From assembly GCA_963756875.1 (NCBI GenBank), contig CAVWPA010000001.1:448001-512000 (forward strand): a DNA stretch of 64,000 nucleotides, written 5' to 3'. The stretch comes from an uncultured Verrucomicrobiae bacterium. Its GTDB lineage: Bacteria; Verrucomicrobiota; Verrucomicrobiia; Chthoniobacterales; UBA10450. A program made the translations under genes and the position numbers. Positions 9,341-19,792 of the stretch are shown here, piece after piece (within the stretch, counting starts at the first letter, position 1; the number at the start of each line of letters is the position of its first letter). The notes beneath the pieces were generated by a model. It made no database searches. It had not been told where the DNA came from and worked only from the letters and a program-made list of their open reading frames with translations.

Positions 9341-9401
9341 GCGGAACTGCCGATTCTTCGAATGCTCGAGCTGAGCAAATAGATCGCGCTGGAGCGCGAT
9401 C
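9341..9401 (+). pseudogene. Second copy of the nadA 3' end (AELPILRMLELSK*) plus downstream hairpin
   Basis: Aligns with 5966-6026; coding differences only at third codon positions. Confidence 0.85.
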
Positions 9402-9470
9402 AAAATTCTAGGAACCAGGGCTGGTAGGCTGAGCGCCTGCCCTACAACTCAGACTTGGAAAGCTATCGAG

Positions 9471-12149
9471 TCAGAAGCTCCAGGTAAAGCCGCCGCTTGC
9501 GCCGTTGTTGCTGTAATTGCCGCGGCCGAGCAGCCCGTCGTAGTAAACGTAGATGGCGAAGGCCGGGTTAAGTTGCGCGCTGGCGCCGGCTCTCACCTGC
9601 GCGCCGTCGCGACCAACGTTCGGTCCGTAGACGGTGAAACCGCCAGGGCAACCAATAAAGCCCGCATCGATGGGATAGGCCCGGTCGTTGTATTCATGCA
9701 GCCAGGCGACATTCAATTCGGGGCGGATGATGACGGTTTTGGATGGGTGCAGATCGTAACTGGCTCTTACCCCCACCGTGCTTTGCAGTGAATCTTCGTT
9801 CTGATCCGGGAAATTCAGGGGAGCCAGGGAACCTCTCTCCCTGAACTGATCGATGGTGACGTCGGTGTATTGGAAGGTGGCCCTTGGGCCGATGTTCCAG
9901 CACCCAAAGTGCCAGTCGTAACCGAGCGCGCCAAGGACATTGTATTGACTGCCTTTGGTGCTGCCGACGGCGTCACCCAAAAGGGCGGTGCGCCGTGTCT
10001 TGTAGTTGTTCCAGGTACCGCCCCCGCTGACATCGACATAAAACCTGTCCCAGGACCAGGTGGCAAAGCCGCCCACGTTGCCGCCATTGGTGGTAATGCG
10101 GCCGTCGTTCACCAGGTTGGCTACGCCGGCATCGTAGCCGCCGTAAATGCCAAAAGCCAGGTTGTGCAACAAGCGGTAATCGATGCCCACGGTGAAGTTG
10201 CCGTTGGAAAGATCGTAGCCGGTGGCGTTGTCATCGTCGCCTCCGACATTGACGAACTGGCCCGAGCCGGTGGCCCAGATACCCCAGCGATTTTCAGGGG
10301 TGGGGACGAAGGCCGGAACGGGGTTCTTGTTAAGGACCTCTTTGCCATCGGACTCCTTGCTATAACTTGGGGCGGGCATTTCCATGGCAACGCTCGAGCA
10401 AAACCCAGTGGACCCGGCGCGGATATCATCCATGCGCTGCATGAGGTTGACCCCTTGCATGTTGGCCTGGGTGAAACCCATCTCGTAGATGGAAGCCAGT
10501 TCTTCGGGCGCGATCAGGTCGTAATCGTACGGGAGATTAACCAGCGGCTCGTTGCCAACAAAGCTAATCACCCGGGGCACGCAATTATCCAAAACCGCGT
10601 TGTCCAAAGCCGCGCCCACAGCCATTTGGTTACGGGTCAGGCCCTGGGATTCGAACGTGTTTGAAAGTTCGAAATCCACGAACACGTCGGAGGGATCGTA
10701 AATGATGTAGGGTTGAATCAGCCCGGGGAAATCGTTTGGTGCGATCGTATTGTTCGGCGTGCTGTCCCATTCGTTAACCACGTTGTTCGCGGTAATAATT
10801 TCCACCATGTCGCCCGGGAGCGGGCTAAAATTATTAATCCGCTGGATGAATGGACTGCTGAAATCACCCTGGGAGAGGAACGCTGTATTATTTACCTGCA
10901 TTAGGTCGGAATCGAATCCGGAATTAAGTCCGCCGATCTGAAAGCGTATCGTGCCAAACTCCTGTCTGTAGTTGTTGGCTACATAGAAACTTTGGGAACT
11001 GTTGTCCAACGTTTCCAGAGTGCCGTCGTGTAGGAGGACATTGCCGTTACCCAGCGCATTATAATTATTCACGACCAGCGTGCCGTCGTTGACCCTTGTT
11101 CCGCCGGTATGCGTATTGGCACCGTCAAGTTGCAGCGTGCCCGTGCCAAGCTTGGCAAACAGGCCGCCGGTACCGCCATTTTTTCCGCCGTCCTGGATCA
11201 CCCCGGAAAAAACAGTGTCCATGTTATTGGTGCCTACCCTCAGCGTGCCGCTTCCCAGGAAGACATTCCCGTCGCCTTCGAGCGAGCCGATATTCACGCC
11301 CCCGCTGGGGTGAAAGCTAATGTCCAGATAGCCGGGCCCGGCACCGCCGAAAACTTCAACTCGCGACGTGCCACCATCGGAAGCGTTAGCAAAGAAAATG
11401 GCACCGCCTCCACCGGCGACGCTGCCTGCATTTGCGACGAGCGTGGCATTGCCCGCGGTCGAGGCCATGTAGAATGTCGTGAAACCACCTGCGGCAACCT
11501 CCATCCCGGCCGCCGTGTCGGCGAACGCGGCGCCGTTATTGATGATTAAGGCATCACCAGCAGAGGAACTGTTCCGGAATTGCGTTTCGGCACCGATGCA
11601 GTTGGCCACTGTTTCGGCTTCGTTGGTAATTTTGGCGCTACCTGCCGTAGAGGTGTCGTGGAATAACAGGAAGGCGCTGTCAAAGGTCCCCGTCTGCGTC
11701 GAGCCCTTCAGATCGTACGCCGTCATGGTGCCGGCGGTCGCGCTGTTGAAAAAGTCCATCTCTCCGAAATAAGTGTTACCGGCATCAAGAACGAAGTTTT
11801 GGGTGGCCCCCGAATTGTTGGTGACCCCGGCGCCGCTGACATTAAAGATTACCGACTGATTGACAGTGATGGTAAAAGGGTTGGAAGCGGCGTTGGAATT
11901 AAACACGATGCTGCCGACCGTGGTATTAATGGTGACATGGGGGTCCGTCAGGTTAGACAAGTCGAAGGTGGCCGTCTGTGCAGCGGCTTGGGGATAAGTC
12001 GCCCCCGTCCAGTTGGCGTTGTTATCCCAGTTGTTGTTTGCGGGATTGAGTAACCAAGTACCGCTGGCGGCGCGAGTGGATGCAGGCAGGGCTACCAAAG
12101 CCAGCACTGCCAGCGCGGGAAGGAAGCTGGCGATGAAGCATCTTTTCAT
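9471..12149 (-). CDS. Autotransporter (type Va), paralogue of 6171-9080
   Basis: Signal peptide, KLGTGTLQLDGANTHTGGTRVNDG repeat, near-identical C-terminal barrel ending in WSF. Confidence 0.92.
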   Translation of the reverse strand: MKRCFIASFLPALAVLALVALPASTRAASGTWLLNPANNNWDNNANWTGATYPQAAAQTATFDLSNLTDPHVTINTTVGSIVFNSNAASNPFTITVNQSVIFNVSGAGVTNNSGATQNFVLDAGNTYFGEMDFFNSATAGTMTAYDLKGSTQTGTFDSAFLLFHDTSTAGSAKITNEAETVANCIGAETQFRNSSSAGDALIINNGAAFADTAAGMEVAAGGFTTFYMASTAGNATLVANAGSVAGGGGAIFFANASDGGTSRVEVFGGAGPGYLDISFHPSGGVNIGSLEGDGNVFLGSGTLRVGTNNMDTVFSGVIQDGGKNGGTGGLFAKLGTGTLQLDGANTHTGGTRVNDGTLVVNNYNALGNGNVLLHDGTLETLDNSSQSFYVANNYRQEFGTIRFQIGGLNSGFDSDLMQVNNTAFLSQGDFSSPFIQRINNFSPLPGDMVEIITANNVVNEWDSTPNNTIAPNDFPGLIQPYIIYDPSDVFVDFELSNTFESQGLTRNQMAVGAALDNAVLDNCVPRVISFVGNEPLVNLPYDYDLIAPEELASIYEMGFTQANMQGVNLMQRMDDIRAGSTGFCSSVAMEMPAPSYSKESDGKEVLNKNPVPAFVPTPENRWGIWATGSGQFVNVGGDDDNATGYDLSNGNFTVGIDYRLLHNLAFGIYGGYDAGVANLVNDGRITTNGGNVGGFATWSWDRFYVDVSGGGTWNNYKTRRTALLGDAVGSTKGSQYNVLGALGYDWHFGCWNIGPRATFQYTDVTIDQFRERGSLAPLNFPDQNEDSLQSTVGVRASYDLHPSKTVIIRPELNVAWLHEYNDRAYPIDAGFIGCPGGFTVYGPNVGRDGAQVRAGASAQLNPAFAIYVYYDGLLGRGNYSNNGASGGFTWSF

Positions 12150-12577
12150 AATGGCGGAAGGCGTGTTTCCTTGTGGAACACGAATTTCATCGGTTGTTTC
12201 TCCTGACTATCGTTTAATGCAAGAAGCGTTATTAAGGCGTTTGGCTGGTTTGATAAGAAATCCGTAAGAAGGGGTCAACAAAATAAAGCGAGGGGCGGCC
12301 ACATAATCATCAGAGTTACTAGAAGAACTAGCGATCAGACTGGAGCGCAAATGCGCAAATGGTGACGAAATAAACGACCGATTGTTCCCCAGCGCAGCCA
12401 CACGGCAATGCGTGGCAGATGGCCCATTCGACGACTTTAGCAGGCGATGCGCCCGCCCTACAACGGCTTTCAACTCAGCGGCGGTTATCACGTTGGAGGG
12501 CAAGCGCGCCGCTTGCCAATCGGCCACAAAATCTTTTCACTTGTCACTTATCACCAGTCACTTTTGACTGCTGCCGC

Positions 12578-13822
12578 ATGCAACGACCTTCTCTCTGGCC
12601 CCTTCTTGTCGTTGTGCTCCTTGGCATTTTGTTTCTGCGCGAGCCGCGGTTTCAACGCCTCGAGCAAATTTTCCTGCGTTGGCTCGTCAACAACTCCCGA
12701 CCGATGATGCCGGCTGCGCCACTCACTATTGTGGACATCGGATCGTTGACCTCGGGCAAGGGCAAGGCGACAACCGCTGCCGAGAAACTTCTGCACGGCT
12801 CGGCCAAGGAAATTTCGCCGCTGGAATCCGCGCTTTTATTGCAGGCGGCGCTCGATTTCAAACCAACCGTGATCGCGTTCGAACCGGTCCTGCGATGGAG
12901 CGAGAAGGAAAAAGACCAGGCGCAGATTTTTGTCGATCAAGCGATGCGGGTGCCGAAGCTGGTGATGGGTACGGAATTGACCGCGACGCCGGATCCGGAT
13001 GCGCCGGTTCCCGAGATCCCCGGATTCACGCAGGTGACCGGCAAGCGGGGCGATCTGGTCGAGTTTTCCGGAATTTCGCGACAGCCGGGCGAAGATGTGC
13101 GGATTCTTTCCACTCCCGGTTTTGTTAATTTGCCGAAGGAAGTGGCCGATCAAATTCATGTGCCGCTGCTTTTTCAATATCGCGGCGAGGTGATCCCGTC
13201 GTTCGCTTTGCAATCGGTGTTGCTCTGGATGCGCGTCCCCTTGAACGAGGTTAAGATTGAGCTCGGGTCGCATATTTTGCTACCGAACGGTGAGAAGATT
13301 CCTGTTCGGGCCGACGGCACCCTGTTGGTCAGCCCGAATGCCGCCCGGCGAGCGCGCCACCTCACATTAAACGAATTGCTCCTGGAAGCCGAACAACACG
13401 AGAAGGAGCCGTCGGCTGCAGCTCGCTTTAATAATATCCGAGATCAGATCGTGCTGGCGCGCGCTCCATTGGGCGCAAGGCGGCGAGCGGACATTTTTGC
13501 TGCTGCCATTGCCACGATACAGGCCCATGCGTTTATTCGGCGAGTCAGTTGGATTTACGATTGCATGGTGGTCCTGATCGCGGCGTCACTTAGCGGCGCC
13601 GTCCGGCAATTTTCGCGCGTCGATCTCGTGCTGGGAGGAATCGCCTGTTCCGCTGGCTATTGTCTGATCGCGCTGGCTGTCATCTCGCGCTGGTTTATCT
13701 GGCTGCCAGGATTTCTGCCGCTGGGCGCAGTTTGGGTGCTGGTAATCTATTCCCTGGTCCTTCCGAAAACAAAAGACTCTCCGCGAACTGTCGCCATTGC
13801 CGTTTCGCCGCCGGCGCCATGA
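12578..13822 (+). CDS. Membrane protein with CHASE2-like extracytoplasmic domain
   Basis: N-terminal TM, LTIVDI, GFVNLP, VPLLFQY..VIPSFALQ, three C-terminal TM segments; no cytoplasmic output domain seen. Confidence 0.6.
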   Translation: MQRPSLWPLLVVVLLGILFLREPRFQRLEQIFLRWLVNNSRPMMPAAPLTIVDIGSLTSGKGKATTAAEKLLHGSAKEISPLESALLLQAALDFKPTVIAFEPVLRWSEKEKDQAQIFVDQAMRVPKLVMGTELTATPDPDAPVPEIPGFTQVTGKRGDLVEFSGISRQPGEDVRILSTPGFVNLPKEVADQIHVPLLFQYRGEVIPSFALQSVLLWMRVPLNEVKIELGSHILLPNGEKIPVRADGTLLVSPNAARRARHLTLNELLLEAEQHEKEPSAAARFNNIRDQIVLARAPLGARRRADIFAAAIATIQAHAFIRRVSWIYDCMVVLIAASLSGAVRQFSRVDLVLGGIACSAGYCLIALAVISRWFIWLPGFLPLGAVWVLVIYSLVLPKTKDSPRTVAIAVSPPAP

Positions 13823-13823
13823 A

Positions 13824-13956
13824 AAAGCACCAAAACCCAAGCTCCAACCTCCAGAGAAACTTCAAGTTCCAATATTCAACTTCATCGCGCGTTACAATTT
13901 TGGAGCTTGTGTGATTGGTGCTTCTCTGGTGCTTGGAGCTTGGGATTTGGTGCTTT
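13824..13956. repeat. Empty inverted short-tandem-repeat cassette (AAGCACC/AAGCTCC type)
   Basis: aaagcaccaaaacccaagctccaacctccagagaa...ttctctggtgcttggagcttgggatttggtgcttt fills the intergenic gap. Confidence 0.78.
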
Positions 13957-13964
13957 AGTGGACG

Positions 13965-15002
13965 ATGCCACAAGAACCTATTGAGCAGCATATCGATCGT
14001 TTGCACGCAAGCGGCATTGTCGATCTTCACTTCGATTTGCTGATCGATCTCTATGAGAAGCGCGATCGACCAGGCACGCTCGTCTCGCATTTCCTGCCGG
14101 AGTTCGAGGCGGGCGGGATTGGTGTAATCGGAGCGGCCATCTATATAGAGGACCGATATTTGCCGGAGATGGGATTGCGCGTCGGGCTCGATCAGGTGGC
14201 GCGTTTGTACGCCGAGGTTGAGAACACGAAGCGCTTTGCCGTTTGCAGGAGCTACGACGAAATCGTGCGTGCGCGGGCCGGGAGCAAGATCGCATTGCTC
14301 ATCACCATGGAGGGTGTCGAGCCGTTGGGCGGAGACCTGAATCTACTGCGCGTGTTTTACGAACTCGGTCTGCGCGTCGTTGGATTGACACACGCCCGGC
14401 GCAACGCCGCGGGCAGTGGCGGGATTTTCAAACCGAGCGGTTCGCCGCGTGACGGTCTTACCGAATTCGGCCGGGAGATTGTGCGCGAATGCGAGCGGCT
14501 CGGCATCATCATCGACCTTGCGCATATCAATCCGCAAGGATTCGACGACATTGTCGGCCTAACGACCAAGCCTCTCGTCGTTTCGCATACTAACGCCCGG
14601 AAATTCCACGATATCGAGCGCAACATCAGCGACGAACAAATCAAAGCGATCGGCCAACGCGGCGGCGTGATCGGCATCAATGCGATTCTGGTGAGTTCGA
14701 ACGCGGGAAAAAGCACTCTCGATCATTACGTCGATCACATCGAGCATGTGATTGGTCTCATCGGAATCGACGGCGTCGGCATTGGCTTTGATTTCTGCGA
14801 GTACCTGTTCGAGCAATTGCCGTCAGAGGTGCGACAGGAGCTTGCGGCCAAGCTGACCACGCCGCATTTCATCCCCGACCTGACGAATCATTCGCACGCT
14901 CGGAATCTCACCCGCAAATTGATCGAGCGCGGATTTGCCGACGAGCAGATCGAAAAAATTCTGTATCGAAACTGGATGCGGATTTTGAAAGCTCTTCTGT
15001 AG
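13965..15002 (+). CDS. Membrane dipeptidase (peptidase M19, amidohydrolase superfamily)
   Basis: VDLHFD, ITMEG, GLTEFG, IDLAH, VSHTN, RNISD, GIGFDF, NWMR motifs. Confidence 0.9.
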   Translation: MPQEPIEQHIDRLHASGIVDLHFDLLIDLYEKRDRPGTLVSHFLPEFEAGGIGVIGAAIYIEDRYLPEMGLRVGLDQVARLYAEVENTKRFAVCRSYDEIVRARAGSKIALLITMEGVEPLGGDLNLLRVFYELGLRVVGLTHARRNAAGSGGIFKPSGSPRDGLTEFGREIVRECERLGIIIDLAHINPQGFDDIVGLTTKPLVVSHTNARKFHDIERNISDEQIKAIGQRGGVIGINAILVSSNAGKSTLDHYVDHIEHVIGLIGIDGVGIGFDFCEYLFEQLPSEVRQELAAKLTTPHFIPDLTNHSHARNLTRKLIERGFADEQIEKILYRNWMRILKALL

Positions 15003-15064
15003 CGGCGCTCTATGAGCGTCGCACTAATTCAAGCGACCCCGAATGCTTTCGGGGCCGCTTACAA

Positions 15065-16396
15065 TCAGACGATCGTCAGCTGCGGAAATTTCCTGCCGAG
15101 CACCTTCTCGCTCGGCGCTTTCAGCCATTGATCGAGCACGGTTCCGTAAACGCTGCGGAAATCGACGTTGAACTTCAGATCGCCGCGGTCGAGTTGCGTC
15201 AGACTCGGATATTTTCCGAACAAGCCGGGCTTTACTTTTCCGCCGACGACAAACATCGGCGCGGCCGCGCCATGGTCGGTTCCGCCGTTCGCATTTTCGG
15301 CGACGCGCCGGCCGAATTCGCTGAAAGTCATTAACAAAACGCGCTCAAAGTTGCCCTGTTGTTTCAAATCGGAAACAAAAGCGGCGACGGCGTCATTCAT
15401 CTCGCCCATCAACCGCTCGTGTGCATTCAACTGACCCGCATGCGTATCGAACCCGCCCTGGCTCGCATAATAAACGCGCGTTGTGAGTCCGCCCCCGATC
15501 ATCCGGGCAATGATGTTCAAACTGGCGGCGAGTTGGCCGGGAGGATAGATCACGGTCGATTTGTATTTGCGCGCGATCTCCAAAATCTTGTCCGAGCTCA
15601 TCTGCGCATCGAGCGCTGTCCGCTGCAAAAAATCCAGTGTGCTCATGCTGCTCTCTGTCTTTCCGGCAATCGCGCCGACCGATGCGCCGTCGGAAGCCGC
15701 CAGCGCCGCATCGCCGCCTTCGGATTCGTTGAGCTGGCGAAAGAAAAATTCTTCCGCGCTCATTCGGCCGTTTCTTGGGCCGGATGTGCGGTAGCGAAAT
15801 TGTTCCGGGCGCGAAAATGTAATGCCGGTCGGAGTTTTCGCCGCAAAAGCCTGCGGCATTTCCTCACTGATGGCGATGCCGACCGTTGGGTCCGCGCCGG
15901 AGCAACAGTTGTCGAAGTAGCGACCGATCCAGCCTTCGCTGAGATTGCGGTTCGCGTCTGAAGCGGTCTGCCAGATTTCGGTGGAACGAAAATGCGATCG
16001 ATTAGGGTTCGGATAACCGACGCCCTGTACGACGGCGAGATGGCCCTCATCATAAAGAGACTTCAGACCGGTAAGCTTCGGGTTGAGTCCGGCATAATCG
16101 TTGAGCTTAAGAACGTTTTCCGCGGCAAAGGCGAGACGTGGGCGCGCCCGATGATAGGCGTCGTCGGCGAACGGTACCACCATGTTCAGTCCGTCGTTGC
16201 CGCCCGCCATTTGCAACACGACCAAAATTGTTCCGTCCTTGCCGGTAACAGTTTGGGTGAGCGCGTCGGCGGCCATGGCGTCGAGTGTGAAGAATGTTTT
16301 TTCCAGAAATACGGGCAGCGTCCAGGTCGCGGCTGCGCCGAGCATGGAGGTGCGTAGAAACTGGCGTCGCGTTTGCAGTGTGGGTTCTGGTTTCAT
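15065..16396 (-). CDS. DUF1501 family protein with Tat signal
   Basis: TRRQFLR, GGNDGLN, NRSHFRS, GGFDTH, SEFGRR, GTDHG, DFRSVY. Confidence 0.9.
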   Translation of the reverse strand: MKPEPTLQTRRQFLRTSMLGAAATWTLPVFLEKTFFTLDAMAADALTQTVTGKDGTILVVLQMAGGNDGLNMVVPFADDAYHRARPRLAFAAENVLKLNDYAGLNPKLTGLKSLYDEGHLAVVQGVGYPNPNRSHFRSTEIWQTASDANRNLSEGWIGRYFDNCCSGADPTVGIAISEEMPQAFAAKTPTGITFSRPEQFRYRTSGPRNGRMSAEEFFFRQLNESEGGDAALAASDGASVGAIAGKTESSMSTLDFLQRTALDAQMSSDKILEIARKYKSTVIYPPGQLAASLNIIARMIGGGLTTRVYYASQGGFDTHAGQLNAHERLMGEMNDAVAAFVSDLKQQGNFERVLLMTFSEFGRRVAENANGGTDHGAAAPMFVVGGKVKPGLFGKYPSLTQLDRGDLKFNVDFRSVYGTVLDQWLKAPSEKVLGRKFPQLTIV

Positions 16397-16417
16397 TTTA
16401 TAAAGCTTGCCGCTTTT

Positions 16418-16580
16418 CCGGGGAGCGCACGCGCCTCGCGTGCTGGCGACGACGCCCTCGTCGTCGCGAACTTTTTAAAACGAGACAAGGTCGAGATCGC
16501 GGCTGGCGTTCTATCCGGGAGCGAAAAAGTTCGTCGCGGCGAGGCGCCGCAACCAGCACGCCAGGCGCGTGCGGTCCCCA
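16418..16580. repeat. REPIN, GGGAGCGCACGCG family
   Basis: Inverted arms with internal hairpins; related copy at 59089-59201. Confidence 0.75.
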
Positions 16581-16616
16581 ACAGAAGGCCAATTCTTAGC
16601 GTTCTTAACAACGTGT

Positions 16617-18152
16617 TCATGTCAGTTGAAATCGCGGGGTGCTCATCATCAGGTGGACGAGGCCGCGCATCGTTTCGTCGCTCGTGTCCGGGCTTCGCGC
16701 TTTGAGATATTCCACGAACGTGCCGGCTTCCTTATCCGGCAGGCGACTCTGAAAAAATCTCTCACTCAAAAAGGCGACCAGTTCCCGCGGTTTTTCCCTG
16801 AGCATGTCCGGAACGAGTTTGCCGATGTCGATCGGGTCGCGCCGAATTTGTTCGGCAAACTGGAGCCGGCGACGAAATCCGGGATCGACGCCCTTGCCGC
16901 GGTGCGGCGGGATTCGCCCCAACATGGCGTCGCCATTGATCAGGTAGTTCGCAAAGTTGTAGCGGAACAACAATGTCGATGTGCTGATCCACGCTTTCCC
17001 GCCGTCCCAGCCTTTGACGTTTGGCGGCGCGAAAAGAATCTGGCCCATCTGGCGCATGGCATTTTGGGCGACGATCGGTGACGGCAATTTCGTGTCGAGC
17101 AGCTTTGCCGTCTGCACAATGTATTGAACGGGGCTCTTGATTTGCGTCCGCTTCACGCGGTCCGAATAAAATTCCGCCGAGCTGAAAATTTCGCGTAGCA
17201 CGGGGCGGATTTCATAATTGTGCGAGCGAATGGCGCCCGCCACGGCGTCCACGACCTGCTGTGGCGGGTCGTCTTCAGCGAAGAACCGCCAGAGTTTTCG
17301 TCCAATAAATTGCGCGCAAGCCGGTTTGCTAACCAAGATGTCGATGATGTCGTCACCGTTCAACGCGCCGCTGCGGCCCATGAATGTTTTGTTTTTGTGA
17401 TCCTGCTGGAAAGGCGCGAAGCGAAACTGCTGCGTCGTATAATTGATCCGATATCCGGTGAAGGCGCGGGCCGACGCGCGAACATCCTCCTCGGTGTAAT
17501 TGCCGATGCCGACGGTGAAAAGCTCCATCAACTCACGCGCCCAATTTTCGTTCGGGTGCTCCTCGCGATTTTGCTGAAGATCGAGATAGATCATCATCGC
17601 CGGGTCGCGCGAGATTGTTTTGACCAGCGTCGCGAAGTTTCCAAAGGCATTACGACGCAGGGTGTCGTTTTGCAGCCACATCCAGTACGCGTCCTTCACT
17701 TTTTGCGCACTGGTCGCGAAATGGCCGTGCCAGAAGAGCGTCATCTTTTCCAGCAGCGGCGCCGGTCCGTTCATCATCCGTTCCAGCCACCAACGGCGAA
17801 GATCGAGGAAATTTTCGCCTTCCGTCATTCGCACTTCTCGAACCTTTCCCTGAAAATCCTGGGCCTCAGCCCTGGCGGTCTTGAGCTGCATCCGAATGGC
17901 GCGGATGTTGCGCGGATGCGCCCAGTCGGGCGGGGAGACTTGGGCGGCGTCACCGGTAAGCTCAACGAGTTCCCGCACAGCGACCGCGAGTCCTTTCTCA
18001 TGGGTCGCCTTCACCTCCGCCGGCGTTCCGCCGAACGCGGCGCGGTTCAAAAGATGAGCGGCGTCCGTTTCATCCCAATTTTGCCCTGACAACGGCGCGA
18101 GCACGCCGGATTGAACCGATGAAGTTCGGGGAAGTTGCGAGGACCTTTGCAC
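16617..18152 (-). CDS. DUF1800 family protein
   Basis: HLLNRAAFG, EKMTLFWHGHF, PNENWARELMELFTVG, PPNVKGW; typical partner of DUF1501. Start uncertain. Confidence 0.9.
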   Translation of the reverse strand: MQRSSQLPRTSSVQSGVLAPLSGQNWDETDAAHLLNRAAFGGTPAEVKATHEKGLAVAVRELVELTGDAAQVSPPDWAHPRNIRAIRMQLKTARAEAQDFQGKVREVRMTEGENFLDLRRWWLERMMNGPAPLLEKMTLFWHGHFATSAQKVKDAYWMWLQNDTLRRNAFGNFATLVKTISRDPAMMIYLDLQQNREEHPNENWARELMELFTVGIGNYTEEDVRASARAFTGYRINYTTQQFRFAPFQQDHKNKTFMGRSGALNGDDIIDILVSKPACAQFIGRKLWRFFAEDDPPQQVVDAVAGAIRSHNYEIRPVLREIFSSAEFYSDRVKRTQIKSPVQYIVQTAKLLDTKLPSPIVAQNAMRQMGQILFAPPNVKGWDGGKAWISTSTLLFRYNFANYLINGDAMLGRIPPHRGKGVDPGFRRRLQFAEQIRRDPIDIGKLVPDMLREKPRELVAFLSERFFQSRLPDKEAGTFVEYLKARSPDTSDETMRGLVHLMMSTPRFQLT

Positions 18153-18156
18153 GTGT

Positions 18157-18326
18157 TCTTGCTCTTACTCTTGATCCTGCTCTTGCTCTTGCTCAGTCTG
18201 TGAATGGCAGAGCCGATTCAATCGTTCCATCGCACGATACCTTGATTCCGCAGGAAAGATCGATCGAAACGGCGACTTCCAGCAGAATGATCAAGAGCAT
18301 GAGCATGAGCATGAGCATGAGGAGGA
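18157..18326. repeat. Empty inverted hexamer-repeat cassette (TGCTCT / GAGCAT)
   Basis: tcttgctcttactcttgatcctgctcttgctcttgctc ... gatcaagagcatgagcatgagcatgagcatgag. Confidence 0.75.
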
Positions 18327-18332
18327 GGTTGC

Positions 18333-19709
18333 TTGAAGTTCATTAACCTCACGCGTCACACGGAGATCGGTGCAAACTCATATTATATAGAGGCTGCCGG
18401 CCGGCGCCTGGTCCTCGACTGCGGCATGCATCCCAAATTCGAAGGCGAAGAGGCCTTGCCAAATTTCAAGGCAATCGCCGACCGGAAACTGGACGCGATT
18501 CTCATTTCGCATTCGCACCAGGACCACATTGGAACGCTTCCGGTGCTCATGCGGCGTCAGCCGGGCGCGCGCGTTTTCATGACGGAGCCGACGACCGAGA
18601 TCGGTGACGTTTTGCTGCACAATTCAGTCAACGTCATGACTCGCCAGCGGGAAGAGCTGGGCGCGACGTTGTATCCGCTTTTCACACACCGTGAGACAAA
18701 TCGCGCGACCGATCTCTGGCAACCCTGTTCACTGCGACAGCCGTACAGCTTGTCCGGTGAACGGGTGCGCGCCGCCGGAACGAATACATTGACTTTCGAA
18801 TTTTTCGACGCGGGCCATGTACTCGGGTCCGTCGGAATTCTGTTACGCGCGGAGGGTCGCACGATCTTTTATTCGGGTGACGTTAATTTTTCCGACCAGA
18901 CCGTTTCGCAAGCGGCCGTTTTTCCCGAGGAGAATGTCGATATCCTCATTATGGAATGCACGCGCGGCGACACGCCGATCCCGCCCGGATGGACGCGCGC
19001 CGGCGAGGAAGATCGCCTCGCTCGCGCGATCGACGATGCTTTTGCGCGCGGCGGTTGCGTTCTCATACCAGTCTTTGCGATCGGCAAAAGCCAGGAAATT
19101 TTTGCAATGCTTTACAAGTTTCGCCGCGAGAACTTGCTGCGCGATTTCCCGGTTTATATCGGCGGCCTGAGCGCAAAAATCACCCAGGTTTACGATCGGC
19201 ATGCGGGGATGGCGCGCCGGCAGTTGCGCCGACTGCAACTTCTGGGTGAGTTGCGACCTTTTGTTTTGAATGGACAAAACATTCACGACGCGCCCGCGCG
19301 CCCCGGCCGTGTTTATGCGCTTTCCAGCGGGATGATGACACCCAGGACGCTCTCTAATATTTTTGCGCGCCGCATTGTTCAAAATCCGCGGCATTCGATT
19401 TTTTTTGTCGGTTATGCCGATCCGGAATCGCCCGCTGGAATTTTGAAAAACACATTGCCGGGCGAACGCGTTTCAATAGACCCGGACGAACCTTCGCAGG
19501 CTCTGCGCTGTCACATGGAACAGTTCCAATTTAGCGCGCACGCCTCGCGCGAATCGATCGTGCAATACGTAAATCGACTGGCGCCAAAAAAGATCCTGCT
19601 CGTGCACGGCGATCCTCTGGCAGCGGAATGGATGCGCGCGGTTCTCAGTCCGGATTTGCCAAACTCCGAGGTGATCGTGCCGACACCGGGGATGGAGATT
19701 GAACTGTAG
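18333..19709 (+). CDS. MBL-fold metallo-hydrolase, beta-CASP family (putative RNase)
   Basis: LDCG, SHSHQDHIG, AGHVLGS, YSGD, LIPVFAIGKSQE, FSAHA, LVHGD. Confidence 0.9.
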   Translation: MKFINLTRHTEIGANSYYIEAAGRRLVLDCGMHPKFEGEEALPNFKAIADRKLDAILISHSHQDHIGTLPVLMRRQPGARVFMTEPTTEIGDVLLHNSVNVMTRQREELGATLYPLFTHRETNRATDLWQPCSLRQPYSLSGERVRAAGTNTLTFEFFDAGHVLGSVGILLRAEGRTIFYSGDVNFSDQTVSQAAVFPEENVDILIMECTRGDTPIPPGWTRAGEEDRLARAIDDAFARGGCVLIPVFAIGKSQEIFAMLYKFRRENLLRDFPVYIGGLSAKITQVYDRHAGMARRQLRRLQLLGELRPFVLNGQNIHDAPARPGRVYALSSGMMTPRTLSNIFARRIVQNPRHSIFFVGYADPESPAGILKNTLPGERVSIDPDEPSQALRCHMEQFQFSAHASRESIVQYVNRLAPKKILLVHGDPLAAEWMRAVLSPDLPNSEVIVPTPGMEIEL

Positions 19710-19792
19710 CGGCGCTCTATGAGCGCCGAATCACACATTGGTTACGGACGAAAATTAGTGCGACGGTCATAGACCGCCGCTACAGCGCGTGC

